Assembly (NCBI GenBank): GCA_964270895.1
Contig: OZ185435.1
Length of the DNA stretch: 64,000 nt
Direction: 5' to 3' (one strand)
From: Podarcis filfolensis
Lineage: Eukaryota
Both the position numbers and the translations under genes were made by a program. The notes under the pieces are model-generated. The model was not told the origin of the DNA. It saw only the letters and a list, made by a program, of their open reading frames with translations, and did no database searches. The stretch's first letter is position 1. Each line of letters starts with the position of its first letter. Below, in pieces: positions 54,801 to 62,311 of this stretch.

Positions 54801-57800
54801 AAAAATTATAACCAGAAGAGGAGGATGGATTTTAGTATTTGGTTGCCATTTGGAGTCACACATGCATACTTGTCCTTTATGATCAACTATGACAGGTTCT
54901 TTTCTCCATATTGTCAATAATAATTATAACAAACCTACTAGTTACATGGGGCTAATGGTCCACTGTGACTACATTCTACAATTATATGATTAGTTCGTGA
55001 TCAGTCTCTTTATTTCTTTATTAAAGAAAAATCGGTACAATATGTTGTAAGAAAGTATTAGAAAGTATATTAAGAGTAAGGTAATAGTTATAAGTATATT
55101 CAAAATCATAAATGACAACTATATCGGAAAGTGATGGGAAGTCTACATTTAATTTAATTTACTTTGTTATATGTTACTTTATTTTATGTATTATTATTTG
55201 ATCTTAGGTTAGTTGAAATCGAAGCGGAATTAGAAGTTTAAATTAATATCTTATGGTAAAATAATTTCAGAATATTCTTTTCTTTGTAAGTATGTATGTG
55301 AATGTGTGAAGTTAAATCTGTAATGATGTTAATGAATTTCAAGAAAGAATTTTTTATGCAAAAAAAATAGTTTGTGATCAGTCAATATACTGAGCTACAC
55401 TTATATCAGAATGTATACTTGTAGACACTTAAGAGTTGTCAAAGGCTTGCGATGAAACTTCAAGTCATTCCTTCTTTGAAGAACGTTTACAAAGATCCAT
55501 CATCTAAATGACTAACACGAACCCAAAACAAACAACTTGCTTCATTCACTGATTTGAGAAAACTGTTAATTGCAGGAAAAAGCTAAGCTCTAACATAAAT
55601 AATATAGGACTGGTTTGCACATCACACTAAGCAAAACCATGGCTTAGCACAAATGAATGAGCTCCAAAGCAGGAGATTGTGGCTGCTTTGCCCCTCATAG
55701 GTTGATTTGCTGCTGTGCTATACTGTCCAAACTCAGGTCATTGTTTAGCTATCTCCAGGCTAACTGCAAGCTGCCAACAAGATTTATCCTATCATTTGTG
55801 GATCTTGGTTATTCTGGGAATGCTAAACCATGAGCTCAGGTTTGGCCAACACACAAAGTCAGACCATGACTTAGTCTCAACGCAGAAACAGAACAACTGT
55901 CAAGGAGCAAAGTGGCCATAACTTTGTTCTAAGCCAGGGTTTGCCATAATGTGATGTGTGAACCAGGAAAATCATTTTAAATACAGTAGCTAAAATGAAA
56001 AGATTTATACAGACTGCTTACAGCACAGGAAGCAACCAGCCCATGCCACTGCTGTTTGATGTCCATTAATTCTAATGGGATGTGTATGAAGCAGCAACAA
56101 ATGCCCCACTTAAATATTTATGCAAGTATTTAGCATGCTCTGCTTCCTCCAACTGATGCTGGTTATTGGGGGTGGGAATCAGAGAAGAGATAGAAAGCTG
56201 CCGGACTGCGTCCAGATCAAGACTTCCAGCCCAGTTCATATTTTACATTCACTATGTAAAGTAAAAAAAATGACCATGAAGCAGTATCTGGTCAGGGTTG
56301 GGATATTACCTCAAATGCCTTTGTAGACTTTCAGAAAACATGGTTTCCTACCAGCCTATAGAGAAACAATTCTAAAGCAGCACGTATCTCTTTTAAGTTC
56401 TACATTCTGGCTGCCATGAAAAGCAAAGAAGTGATATTATTTTAAAATCATGCCTTCAGCTCTAGTTCTCTCCTTAACACCGAAGAGTCAGTTAGAGTAG
56501 ATGATGATCCTAGCTATTATATATATATATATATATCCCAAGAGAGCTGTGTTATCATTTAAGGTACATATTAATAAAGCACATAAGAAAGTATTCAGAG
56601 AAAAACATAGCTAATCAGCATTTACAAGAGTTACTGACCAAAGTAGATAAGCCACCATATGGGGATGCTCCATGTTGATTTTATTATAATAGCCAATCAT
56701 AATAATTGTGATAAACTATCTGAAAGCAAAGCAAAGAATCCTTACGATCAGCTTGTACTTGAACGACATATCCCAGTGTCAAGGCCATCCTCTGTGAATC
56801 AACAGTGCTCAAAATTTTGGCAGCTGTAGTGCCCAACAAAGGTTTCCCGTTGTATATAGTATAATAGGTCAATTCAGCAGGCTCCTTAGGACCTGGAATT
56901 CGCTGCATTTTTACCATCTTATCAAACAAGAGAGAGAGAGACAAAAAGGGGGGGCAGAGTATAAACTCACGTCTATGACGAAACAGATAATATTAGCATA
57001 GAAATAGACTGATAAATTAGATATACGTTTTCAATTGAAACAGCAGTATACATAAATGTTCAAAGAGGGAATGTTTTGAGCAGAAGCATAAAAACCATGT
57101 CGATGAGAACCTGTTTATATTCCACAGGTTTGCTCGGTAGCCCAACACTTCTTCCATGTTTCCACCCTCTGGGTGCCTTGCTTCTCCCTCTGGCAAACTC
57201 TGCTCAATGACACACTGGGTTCAGGAATACTGCCCCACTGATAATTAACCCAGTAGCAGGAGTGGCAGTCCCATACCATCCACATAAGAGGCAGTGCTGT
57301 CACTGCTGGGATGTCGGTTCCACAGCTTTGTCCCCTCCTGCCCAGTGGTGTCTGAAACAGTCACTAAATTGCACTTTGTGGCCTTGAGTACACATACCAA
57401 ATAGGGAGGCACTCAGCCTAGTTCTCTAGCTCCTTTACACAATCATTGCCAGCACAGAAAATGAAAAGGGGGAAAACCCAAGCCATTGGTTACAATCTGG
57501 TAGAGACAATGGGTTGCATCCTACTAAGTACCGTATTTTTTGCACCATAACACTCACTTTTTTCCTCCTAGAAAGTAAGGGGAAATGTCTGTGCGTGTTA
57601 TGGAGAGAATGCCTGCGGGTGGCGGGGGGGAATCTGCTGCAGTCGTGAGCAGAGGATCCATGGTTCCCCTTCCTTTCCTCCTCCGTGGTTACAAAGCATG
57701 GATCCACATGGACCCTCAGGATTTTTGCATTGGGCTACTCCAAACTCACTGTCAGATCACATGTCTGTGGCCACAGCATGAACCACAAAAATCATATATC

Positions 57801-60800
57801 CACTATTTCGTTTAGAATATTTTTTTCTTGTTTTCCTCCTCTAAAAACTACGTGCGTGTTATGGTCTGGTGCGTGTTATAGAGCGAAAAATACGGTAATA
57901 CTCAGAGAAGGCCCTTGAAACCAGTGGATTAGGATATGGGTAGCTCAGGTAGAAGAGCATCTGCCTATCCTGAGAAAGTCCCAAATTTAACCCCCAACAT
58001 CTCCAGGGTGTTTTTGGGAGGCACCCCTACCTGAAACCCTGGTCTGGCCACTGCCAATCAGTGTAGACAGCATTGAGCTAGATGGACCAATGGTCTGTGC
58101 CAGTGTAAGACCCTATGAACCGACTAGACTTAAATAATTTAAGCCCACTGGTTTTAATGGGTCTACCCTGAGCATGACTTAAATAGCTACAACCAAATTT
58201 AAAGGCCATTTCAATATTCCATATTGTCACATTACAAATCTTCAGTGGATCTGGTGCAGATAAAAGTGTTACCTAATTCAATATCATTCCTGATTAGAAG
58301 AGGGGGAAGCTAATAATTATTTGCGAAATTATTTTGTAATTTATACAGAAGTAAGTTAAACATTTGCTTGTTCCAATTTACACGTTTCACAGCATCCCTC
58401 CAAGTAGCTTCTAGATTATACACAAACATGTTACATACAGATTGTAACAGCAAGTTTAAAACACCAGCAAAGTGGGGGTGGGGAGTTGGGGGAGGGAGGA
58501 TGGTCTTAGCACCCACCTGCACAGTATAGCTGCCAACTGTAGTGGCTCTTTTAAATCGTCTTCCTTGTTGATGGGACATCATGAAGAGTGGTGCTAAACG
58601 CTGCTCCATTAGTCTTGCAAAACTCTGGTTATTTACCCCCAGCATTGTAATGTCAACTCCCTGTATAACTGTGAAAGTCATGAGGGGAAATACTGTAGCA
58701 ACTGATTAAAGATATAACAACATCTGAGCTGCAAGGACATGTACAGCTATGGAGCTGAGGAAAACAAATTGGGTCACCTAATCCAACCTCCTTTTCAAAG
58801 ACTGGTTATCCTAAACCTGCAGATTGCCTGTGAAACAGGTTTTTTTCCTGAAAACTGTCAAGCAGGCAAGTTTCATAAGTTCGCCCCATAGGGCAGCTTA
58901 TTCCATTATTGAGCTGCTCTTACAGACAGAAGTTTTTTTCTCCAAATACTTAACCTAACTTTTCATTCCACAGCACAAACCCCTTTGCTTCTGATCAGCT
59001 GGTCTCCTCCTGCCTTCTAAACTCCTGTGAATTGTGTAGGTTATTAACACATCCCTGCCTTAAACATTTTCTCGTTAAGCACTGTTCTTCACCAATGATG
59101 AAATTAGTTTCCAGAAAGTATATGCGCGTCCACTTATGTGCACGCATGCACACATGCACATTGAGAGGTGTATTGAAGCCAAAGTGAACTATTGCATTAC
59201 TGTATCCAAAACAGCAAACCTCCAAAGAACAGGACATGTTTGGAAATGAGAGCCCTCACAGACTGCTGCACCTCCTAGATCAGCCTATGCCAACCTGGCA
59301 CTCCCCAAGATATTTTGGACTGCAACTCCAGCCCCCATCTAGAGGTGGTCAGGTTGGCAATCAATATGAGATAGGAAAAAGAGCAAAAGAATTGGGGCAG
59401 AGGAAACTGTCTTTACAAGACAGCTGAGAGGCAAAAATCCACAGAACTGGAAGTGGAATCCTGAAGAGAAGGCAGTTGTGGTACTAGGATTCCAAGTATG
59501 TTTGGTCGTAAGAGCCATAAGAGCATAGGAAACACTTGTCCCTCATAGAAATGGCCTGAATTCATGCTGGTGCATGGAAAAGAGAAAGTTAACCAGGCTC
59601 CATTACAAAGTACAGTGCCTATTTTAACTTGTGGAACCAAGAAATACTCTCTATGGATGTAGTTCTAGCCTAAAGGAATATTTTCCAAGTAGCGCAGGTG
59701 CTGCAGAGCCAATTTTGATTCCTTTACCGAATAAACCTCAGCATTACTATATAAATAGTGCCAAACAGATGCAAAATAAAGCCCTGTTGCTGCACAATAC
59801 CTACACAATCTCCGAGTTGTTGTTGTTGTTAGCGGGGTTGCAGTTTTTGGTTCCCCTTGGAGGAGAGATGCCACAATATTTGCTTTAATTACAAATAAAG
59901 CAGCATAACATGAGACCACCAGCAGGCATTCCTACAAGCTGGCAGCAGACCTGCTCATCAGTGCGTCTTGTGTGTTAACCAGAAGGTTGGTGGTTTGAGC
60001 CCACCTAGGGACGGCTGTGGGCAGCATTCCTGCATCACAGGGGGTTGGACAACTCTACAATTCTAACTCTACAATTCTAACTCTACAATTCTATGAGCGC
60101 TTCAAACAACACATAGCAACTATAGAAGCTGTGAGTCACTGAAAATTCATTAGCTGGTTAAAAAAAATCTTTTTCATAATAATAATAATAATAATAATAG
60201 AATTCAGAGTGGAACATAATTCAGAATAAACCATGGAAAAAACAGTGGATGAATTTTTCCCTTTAAAAAAATGCAAGCATTTACCTGTAACAACCCAGTA
60301 GTCTCTAGTTGCTTCTGAAGTGTCAAGATTTGGATATTCCAAAGCTTTGAAACAAAAGAAGAAGAAAAGAATTATATACAAAATTTATGTCACATTTCCA
60401 AAACTGATTTTTATAGCTATAAACAGAAAGGAACATCAATAAACAAAGACTGATTATGTTCCCAGTTCCTACTCACTATGATTAACTGCAACTAGGTTTT
60501 GTGTTCCTGAAATTACAGGGAAGGACTTGCAGTGTCACGAGTGTAAGAGCAGTGTGAAGGCAGGCTTCAGCCCTGGCAGCTCTGGTTTTACAAAGCAAGC
60601 CCAGGAACTTCTGAATACATATCCATCCCTCTGTTGTTCTGGCTGCACTATGGATCTTTGATCACCAAGGGTTAGACTGATTTACAGTTACTCACACAAG
60701 AAGCTTCGGAAGAATGTTTCATGTAACTGCTAACCAGTGAGGGGGTAAGCAAATCAAAGCAGGATCATGAATGATTATTTTCTTCAAATGGTGATTTAAC

Positions 60801-62311
60801 ACTCATTTCACAATACACTTTTGTCAGCTTTTTATCTAGGAAGACACCGGATCTTTAAACGGTAAGCCGTGGAAATATAGCTATCAGACAGAATAAATAG
60901 CAGCCAGGAGGGTTCAGTTCAGCCTAGAGGCTGAATTACAAGATGCATCCATCCTCAAACTGCTTTTATAGAAAAAAACTTTGCAAGCTCGTCCTGACAG
61001 CCTATTGCATATTTCCACTGCAAACATGAGGCAAAGGGAAAAAATGTATATATGAGCATCAAGAGTGGTCCTTTTTAAAAATGTTTGCCTTTATGTTTGT
61101 GCTCCCTTCTTCATTACCCCAAGTCATCTTTCTGCTTTATTGTGAATTCTTTGGAGAATGGCATTATGGGCTTCCTTACCCAGGTAGTTGTCTTCTTTAT
61201 GTAGTGAAACAGCAAAGGCCTTCACCTCACAATTCCATCTAGCATCCCCTTATTTTGAGGGGTCATAATCAGAAAACTGGACCTCTGGTGTACAGTGGAT
61301 GGATGTCCACCTGGCATTTTAAGTCACTTTTTTTTGTTGGCGACATGGCTTTCATATCTTTACCGTCTATGTACTGCACAGGATTTTATTTTGTTGCAAG
61401 AAGAACGGTGCAGCATTTTTTTCAGATCCCTACCCTAAGTTTTTAATTTATCTGTTCACTACTTTAAAGAAAATCTTGGCCACAGACACAGTCCACCAAA
61501 AAAGTCAGTCATTTAATGAAGAGCTAATATCACAAAATACTCTATATTGGTGGTTCATAACAGTATGAGTAACCAGCTGTTTTCCTTCTGAGGTGCACTT
61601 CAACCATGGTTTTTTACTTTTTTTCTGATCTGGGCTTCTTTTAAGAAAGGAAGCATCATAGTTTAGATCGGGGTCAGCAAAGTTTTTGTGGCTTGGGCCG
61701 GTTCAGTCCCACAGATGCCGCGTTGGGCCGCAGTGTGTGTGCTCACATGCACGCACGCGCAAGCGCTATTTCTCGCGCTCCTTCCGGTGTGGAGGAGGCA
61801 TGCACAGCTTCCCATTGGCTGCAGGAGCTTCCTGCAGCCAATGGAAAGCCGGCCAGCATCGTGGAAGGAGGTCCCCACTCGGCTCCGCGCCGGTTTAGCA
61901 CGGCGCACAGGAGCCAACTGAGTGGGTGGCGAGGGTCCCCGAGCTGGTGGCGGCAGTCCATGGGCTGGTTAAACAACCCCTTAGGTTGCCAACCCCTAGT
62001 CTAGATGGATATAGGAACCACTTGTTACACAGGAGAAATTTGGAGCAGAAAAGGCTGTGGTGCTTAACTTCCAATGGGAATGTTTTTTAAAGTGTCGACT
62101 AGCAAACACCGAAAGAATGCAAATAATTTGATCACCTTGCAGGCTTACCTTCAGCAATGGTCAGAGGTGGGTAGGTGAGATAGAATCCCACCAATTCTGC
62201 TGAAAGATGATTGAGAAGGTTGCTTGACACGGTGCCGTTTAAGACTGTGCTTTCATTTTTCACCACATAAAAGAGAGTTACAGCTTGAGAAACATTTGAT
62301 GTGCTCAGTAT
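1470..62311 (-). CDS. KIAA1549L: KIAA1549L (UPF0606 family) gene, 15 coding exons visible, 5' part outside window
   Basis: The spliced exons below join into one uninterrupted 863-aa frame: SEA-like ectodomain segments, a TM helix and a long low-complexity tail ending AKKQTDMFEFQV. This matches my recollection of the human KIAA1549L C-terminal half. All 14 internal junctions are phase-compatible. Confidence 0.95.
3280..3660 (+). mobile_element. Highly decayed LINE (L2-like) 3' remnant
   Basis: Faint resemblance to the squamate L2 3' end followed by a T-rich tail; weak, from recall only. Confidence 0.3.
5808..5979 (+). mobile_element. tRNA-headed squamate SINE (Squam3-like)
   Basis: A-box-like ggctcaggtagag and B-box-like agttcaatccc; body ...gagctagaatggggcaatggtctggctcag...gcagcctccaatgttcct shared with the copies at 13578, 53888 and 57932. 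Confidence 0.75.
6317..6468 (-). CDS. KIAA1549L: Coding exon 14 (152 nt), (G)STVPAVFAIPAANRPGFTGYFIPTPP...GQWADS
   Basis: Acceptor gtttcttgatag|GA, donor TCG|gtaatt; phase 1 to 0. Confidence 0.94.
10059..10115 (+). mobile_element. LINE/SINE 3' tail remnant (L2-type)
   Basis: ttgtgaaccaccctgagatct...agggtagcatacaaatttaataaataat, the typical squamate L2 terminus. Confidence 0.5.
12872..12930 (+). mobile_element. L2-type 3' tail remnant
   Basis: ttgtaaaccgcttag...atcaagcggtatgtacatttaaataaataa. Confidence 0.55.
12954..12991. repeat. (TAAA)n microsatellite
   Basis: About 9 perfect units, next to the L2 tail. Confidence 0.95.
13578..13770 (+). mobile_element. tRNA-headed squamate SINE (Squam3-like), near full length
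   Basis: gagctcaatggtatagaacatgctttgcatg...ggtcctaggttcagtc...gaccctggagagctgtggccagt...ctagatgaaccaatgttctgactcagcatgaggcagcttc. Confidence 0.85.
14486..14634 (-). CDS. KIAA1549L: Coding exon 13 (149 nt), (R)STSDIGSKTRISESSG...DQSALNYS
   Basis: Acceptor atattatacag|G, donor TCAG|gtgaaa; phase 2 to 1. Confidence 0.92.
15969..16066 (-). CDS. KIAA1549L: Coding exon 12 (98 nt), AYRFSPLPEMVMGSPPPPVPPRTGPVAVTSLR
   Basis: Not in the ORF track; read by hand. Acceptor ttttttcttaacag|GCT, donor AGGAG|gtacta; phase 0 to 2. Confidence 0.93.
19882..20232 (-). CDS. KIAA1549L: Coding exon 11 (351 nt), TEPEMIEETNVDR...YQYSLPRP
   Basis: Acceptor tatatccaacag|ACT, donor CCT|gtaagt; 117 codons; phase 0 to 0. 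Confidence 0.95.
22650..22789. mobile_element. hAT-type MITE, family B (140 bp)
   Basis: TIRs CAGTGCTTTTT / AAAAAGCACTG; perfect 8-bp TSD GCTATTAA at 22642-22649 and 22790-22797; second copy at 24129. Confidence 0.9.
22895..23024 (-). CDS. KIAA1549L: Coding exon 10 (130 nt), (R)QQMKNSVYRSRQSLNSPSPGETEMDLL...RNSGYD
   Basis: Acceptor ttattcttctgcag|G, donor GAT|gtacgt; phase 2 to 0. Confidence 0.94.
23085..23245 (-). mobile_element. L2 LINE 3' end, antisense to + strand
   Basis: atttattacctgcccttcacc...cccaaggcgggttgcaat...ggtgttaaaagccagagtaaagaggtacatcttc matches the reverse of the squamate L2 tail. Confidence 0.65.
24129..24276. mobile_element. hAT-type MITE, family B (148 bp)
   Basis: TIRs CAGTGCTTTTTTT / AAAAAAAGGCACTG; TSD GTTATCTC / GTTATCAC (7 of 8); interior aligns with 22650-22789. 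Confidence 0.9.
24669..24784. mobile_element. Palindromic hAT (Buster/Charlie-type) MITE, family A; right TIR CCTG ends near 24804
   Basis: Starts CAGGCACCCCCAAAC; core ggactacaactcccatca ... tgatgggaactgtagt; flanks ctctagaa / ctctagtg. A half copy lies at about 24036-24080. Confidence 0.8.
24827..24869. repeat. (TAT)n microsatellite
   Basis: About 14 perfect units. Confidence 0.95.
25395..25430. mobile_element. Isolated terminal fragment of a Tc1/mariner (Tc2-like) MITE
   Basis: gtgcgtcttatagagcgaaaaatatgg|TA is nearly identical to the right TIR of the element at 57531-57895. Confidence 0.75.
25433..25640 (-). mobile_element. L2 LINE ORF2 C-terminal fragment
   Basis: Translates as IHALVTSSLDYCNTLYLGLPL..QKLQLLQNAMARL, the hallmark L2 SRLDYCN motif region. 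Confidence 0.9.
28442..28523. mobile_element. Internally deleted hAT MITE, family A (82 bp)
   Basis: Perfect 10-bp TIRs CAGGGTTTCC / GGAAACCCTG; only the right half of the palindromic core (tgatgggagttgtagtcc) is kept; flanks ctttacag / ctctataa. Confidence 0.8.
29108..29325 (-). CDS. KIAA1549L: Coding exon 9 (218 nt), VNKALKQKSDIEHYRNKLRLKAKRKGYYDF...PFVEPKN
   Basis: Acceptor tttgtttgtcag|GTT, donor AACAG|gtgagt; phase 0 to 2. Confidence 0.95.
30020..30115. mobile_element. Decayed hAT MITE, family A
   Basis: gaactacagctcccatcatccctga...ctagctgtggttgatggg...cccctg|ccctata. Confidence 0.6.
30390..30650 (+). mobile_element. L2 LINE ORF2 fragment
   Basis: aacttaggagtgctcctgg...ttccaagttggattactgcaatgtgctttacatggggctgcccttgaagac (SKLDYCNVLYMGLPLK). 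Confidence 0.85.
30738..30883 (+). mobile_element. Sauria SINE fragment (CpG-rich, apparently young)
   Basis: cttccgggtcatgtggccagcatgac...gcagcgcacggaaacgcc.tttaccttcccgccggagcggtacctatttatctacttgcacttt...ttcgaactgctaggttg matches the recalled lacertid Sauria SINE body. Confidence 0.9.
31619..31797 (-). CDS. KIAA1549L: Coding exon 8 (179 nt), (V)PISDEEEGDMLFD...TAVLNGE
   Basis: Acceptor atgttttag|TG, donor GAG|gtaaga; phase 1 to 0. Confidence 0.93.
31889..32192. mobile_element. hAT-type non-autonomous element (304 bp)
   Basis: Perfect 14-bp TIRs CTGGGGTCCCCAAC / GTTGGGGACCCCAG; flanks atgtaatc / attgtaat share TGTAAT. Confidence 0.85.
36028..36110. repeat. Short palindromic squamate repeat; related copies near 34110-34200 and 58125-58190
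   Basis: caatcctaatccc...cccactgaattcaatgggatttacttctgagtag...ttagggct; core cccattgaantcaatggg. Confidence 0.5.
37561..38587 (-). mobile_element. CR1 LINE 3' portion (about 1 kb, decayed)
   Basis: Reverse-strand CR1 hallmarks: aactgtacacagtattccaagtgt, ccttttctctaaattgaaaagtcccaaa, aatgtatatcactttacacttgtttaca, tttattgaaagcttttt; squamate CR1 3' end at 37561-37740. Confidence 0.85.
39155..39357. mobile_element. MITE family C, decayed copy
   Basis: gtgttcaactaa...ggagcagatctggagggggc...ttgcacaggccaaaggccttgtgcc, shared with 46577 and 63486. Confidence 0.5.
39757..39911. mobile_element. Palindromic MITE-like repeat
   Basis: Ends accatacaagtaaaacacattt / aaatgtcatttaaatgtatggtg are imperfect inverted repeats; core aaagaatcctgggaattgta...ttctcagatttcttt. 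Confidence 0.6.
40636..40727. mobile_element. Internally deleted hAT MITE, family A
   Basis: CAGGCATAGGCAAA...ccctccagatgtt / aacatctggagggctgagtttgcc. Confidence 0.7.
41619..41675 (-). mobile_element. CR1-derived 3' tail fragment
   Basis: tcatagaatggtagagttggaatggacccc.aagtcatct.ttccaacccc. Confidence 0.65.
42583..42719. mobile_element. Full palindromic hAT MITE, family A (137 bp)
   Basis: Arms of about 62 bp (CAGTGTTTTCAACCTGTG... / ...CACAGGTTGAGAACCACTG) with a 24-bp perfect core; CTCTAG on both flanks. Confidence 0.92.
44252..44379 (-). CDS. KIAA1549L: Coding exon 7 (128 nt), (S)RSPSENGSVISNESGKP...EEGRKRN
   Basis: Acceptor ttacttgcag|CAG (tandem CAGCAG), donor AATG|gtgaga; phase 2 to 1. 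Confidence 0.92.
44977..45058 (-). mobile_element. CR1-tailed SINE 3' fragment
   Basis: tgtagagttggaagggatcccaagggtcatctagttcaccccctgcaatgcaggaa is the reverse complement of the tail at about 60020-60096. Confidence 0.75.
46577..46811. mobile_element. MITE family C
   Basis: Ends ggaattcaat / gttgaatcc; interior ttgtgcaagcagaagtcc and cccccagagcc related to 63486. Confidence 0.5.
47245..47435 (-). CDS. KIAA1549L: Coding exon 6 (191 nt), PVQGFDYAKQHLGQQ...AKSNDTRK
   Basis: Not in the ORF track; read by hand. Acceptor ttttctgtacctgcag|CCA, donor AAGAG|gtaagt; phase 0 to 2. Confidence 0.92.
48583..48621. repeat. (TACA)n microsatellite
   Basis: About 10 perfect units. Confidence 0.95.
53681..53844 (-). 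CDS. KIAA1549L: Coding exon 5 (164 nt), transmembrane exon (P)VVKNPPNNLWIIAAVLAPIAVVTVIIIIITAVLCRKNK...QRAK
   Basis: Acceptor ttattatatacag|CT, donor AAA|gtaagt; hydrophobic stretch at 53741-53818 followed by the basic stop-transfer RKNK; phase 1 to 0. Confidence 0.95.
53888..54017 (-). mobile_element. Decayed Squam3-like SINE in reverse orientation
   Basis: cttataatgagtcagacc...tggcaggagctctcag...tgctctaccacaacctatgg, reverse complement of the 13578 family. Confidence 0.6.
55010..55370 (+). mobile_element. AT-rich putative L1 3' tail
   Basis: Very AT-rich block with gggaagtc and an A-rich end; resemblance only. Confidence 0.3.
55610..55966. mobile_element. MITE (357 bp), superfamily uncertain (possibly PIF/Harbinger)
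   Basis: TIRs CTGGTTTGCACATCACA / TGTGATGTGTGAACCAG (15 of 17) plus inner inverted aaaccatggcttag / ctaagccagggttt. Confidence 0.7.
56746..56917 (-). CDS. KIAA1549L: Coding exon 4 (172 nt), MVKMQRIPGPKEPAEL...GYVVQVQAD
   Basis: Acceptor ctctcttgtttgataag|ATG, donor GATC|gtaagg; phase 0 to 1. Confidence 0.93.
57531..57895. mobile_element. Tc1/mariner-superfamily (Tc2-like) MITE, 365 bp
   Basis: TA|CCGTATTTTTTGCACCATAACAC ... GTGTTATAGAGCGAAAAATACGG|TA; TA target duplication; subterminal direct repeats gtgcgtgttat at about 57590, 57852 and 57869. Confidence 0.9.
57932..58117 (+). mobile_element. Squam3-like SINE
   Basis: tagctcaggtagaagagcatctg...cctgaaaccctgg...ctgccaatcagtgtagacagcattgagctagatggaccaatggtctg. 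Confidence 0.8.
58517..58668 (-). CDS. KIAA1549L: Coding exon 3 (152 nt), (V)IQGVDITML...GRRFKRATTVGSYTVQ
   Basis: Acceptor ctttcacag|TT, donor CAG|gtgggt; phase 1 to 0. Confidence 0.93.
58740..58995 (-). mobile_element. CR1 LINE 3' end, decayed
   Basis: ggtcacctaatccaacc...agggcagcttattccattattgagctgctcttacagacagaagttttt. Confidence 0.7.
59281..59361. mobile_element. Deleted hAT MITE, family A relative
   Basis: tcctagat|CAGCCTATGCCAACCTGG...ttttggactgcaactcc...caggttggca. Confidence 0.55.
59945..60096 (+). mobile_element. CR1-tailed SINE with a triplicated tail
   Basis: B-box-like ggtttgagcccac; body gggacggctgtgggcagcattcctgcat..cagggggttggac; tail (AACTCTACAATTCT)x3 then atga. Confidence 0.75.
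60285..60344 (-). CDS. KIAA1549L: Coding exon 2 (60 nt), (A)LEYPNLDTSEATRDYWVVT
   Basis: Acceptor ttttgtttcaaag|CT, donor ACAG|gtaaat; phase 1 to 1. Confidence 0.92.
61669..61998. mobile_element. GC/CpG-rich hAT (Buster-type) non-autonomous element, 330 bp
   Basis: Ends CGGGGTCAGCAAA / GGTTGCCAACCCCTA; TSD GTTTAGAT (61661-61668) / GTCTAGAT (61999-62006), 7 of 8; internal palindrome cttcccattggctgcagg / cctgcagccaatggaaag. Confidence 0.88.
62149..62311 (-). CDS. KIAA1549L: Coding exon 1 of 15 in window (163 nt), ILSTSNVSQAV...YPPLTIAE
   Basis: Acceptor ttgtttcag|ATA, donor GAAG|gtaagc; phase 0 to 1. Confidence 0.93.

Noticed and set aside
61663-62004. Cluster of overlapping GC-rich ORFs or an apparent CpG island
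   Set aside because: Coincides with a hAT element with TIRs and a TSD; GC-richness explains the lack of stops.
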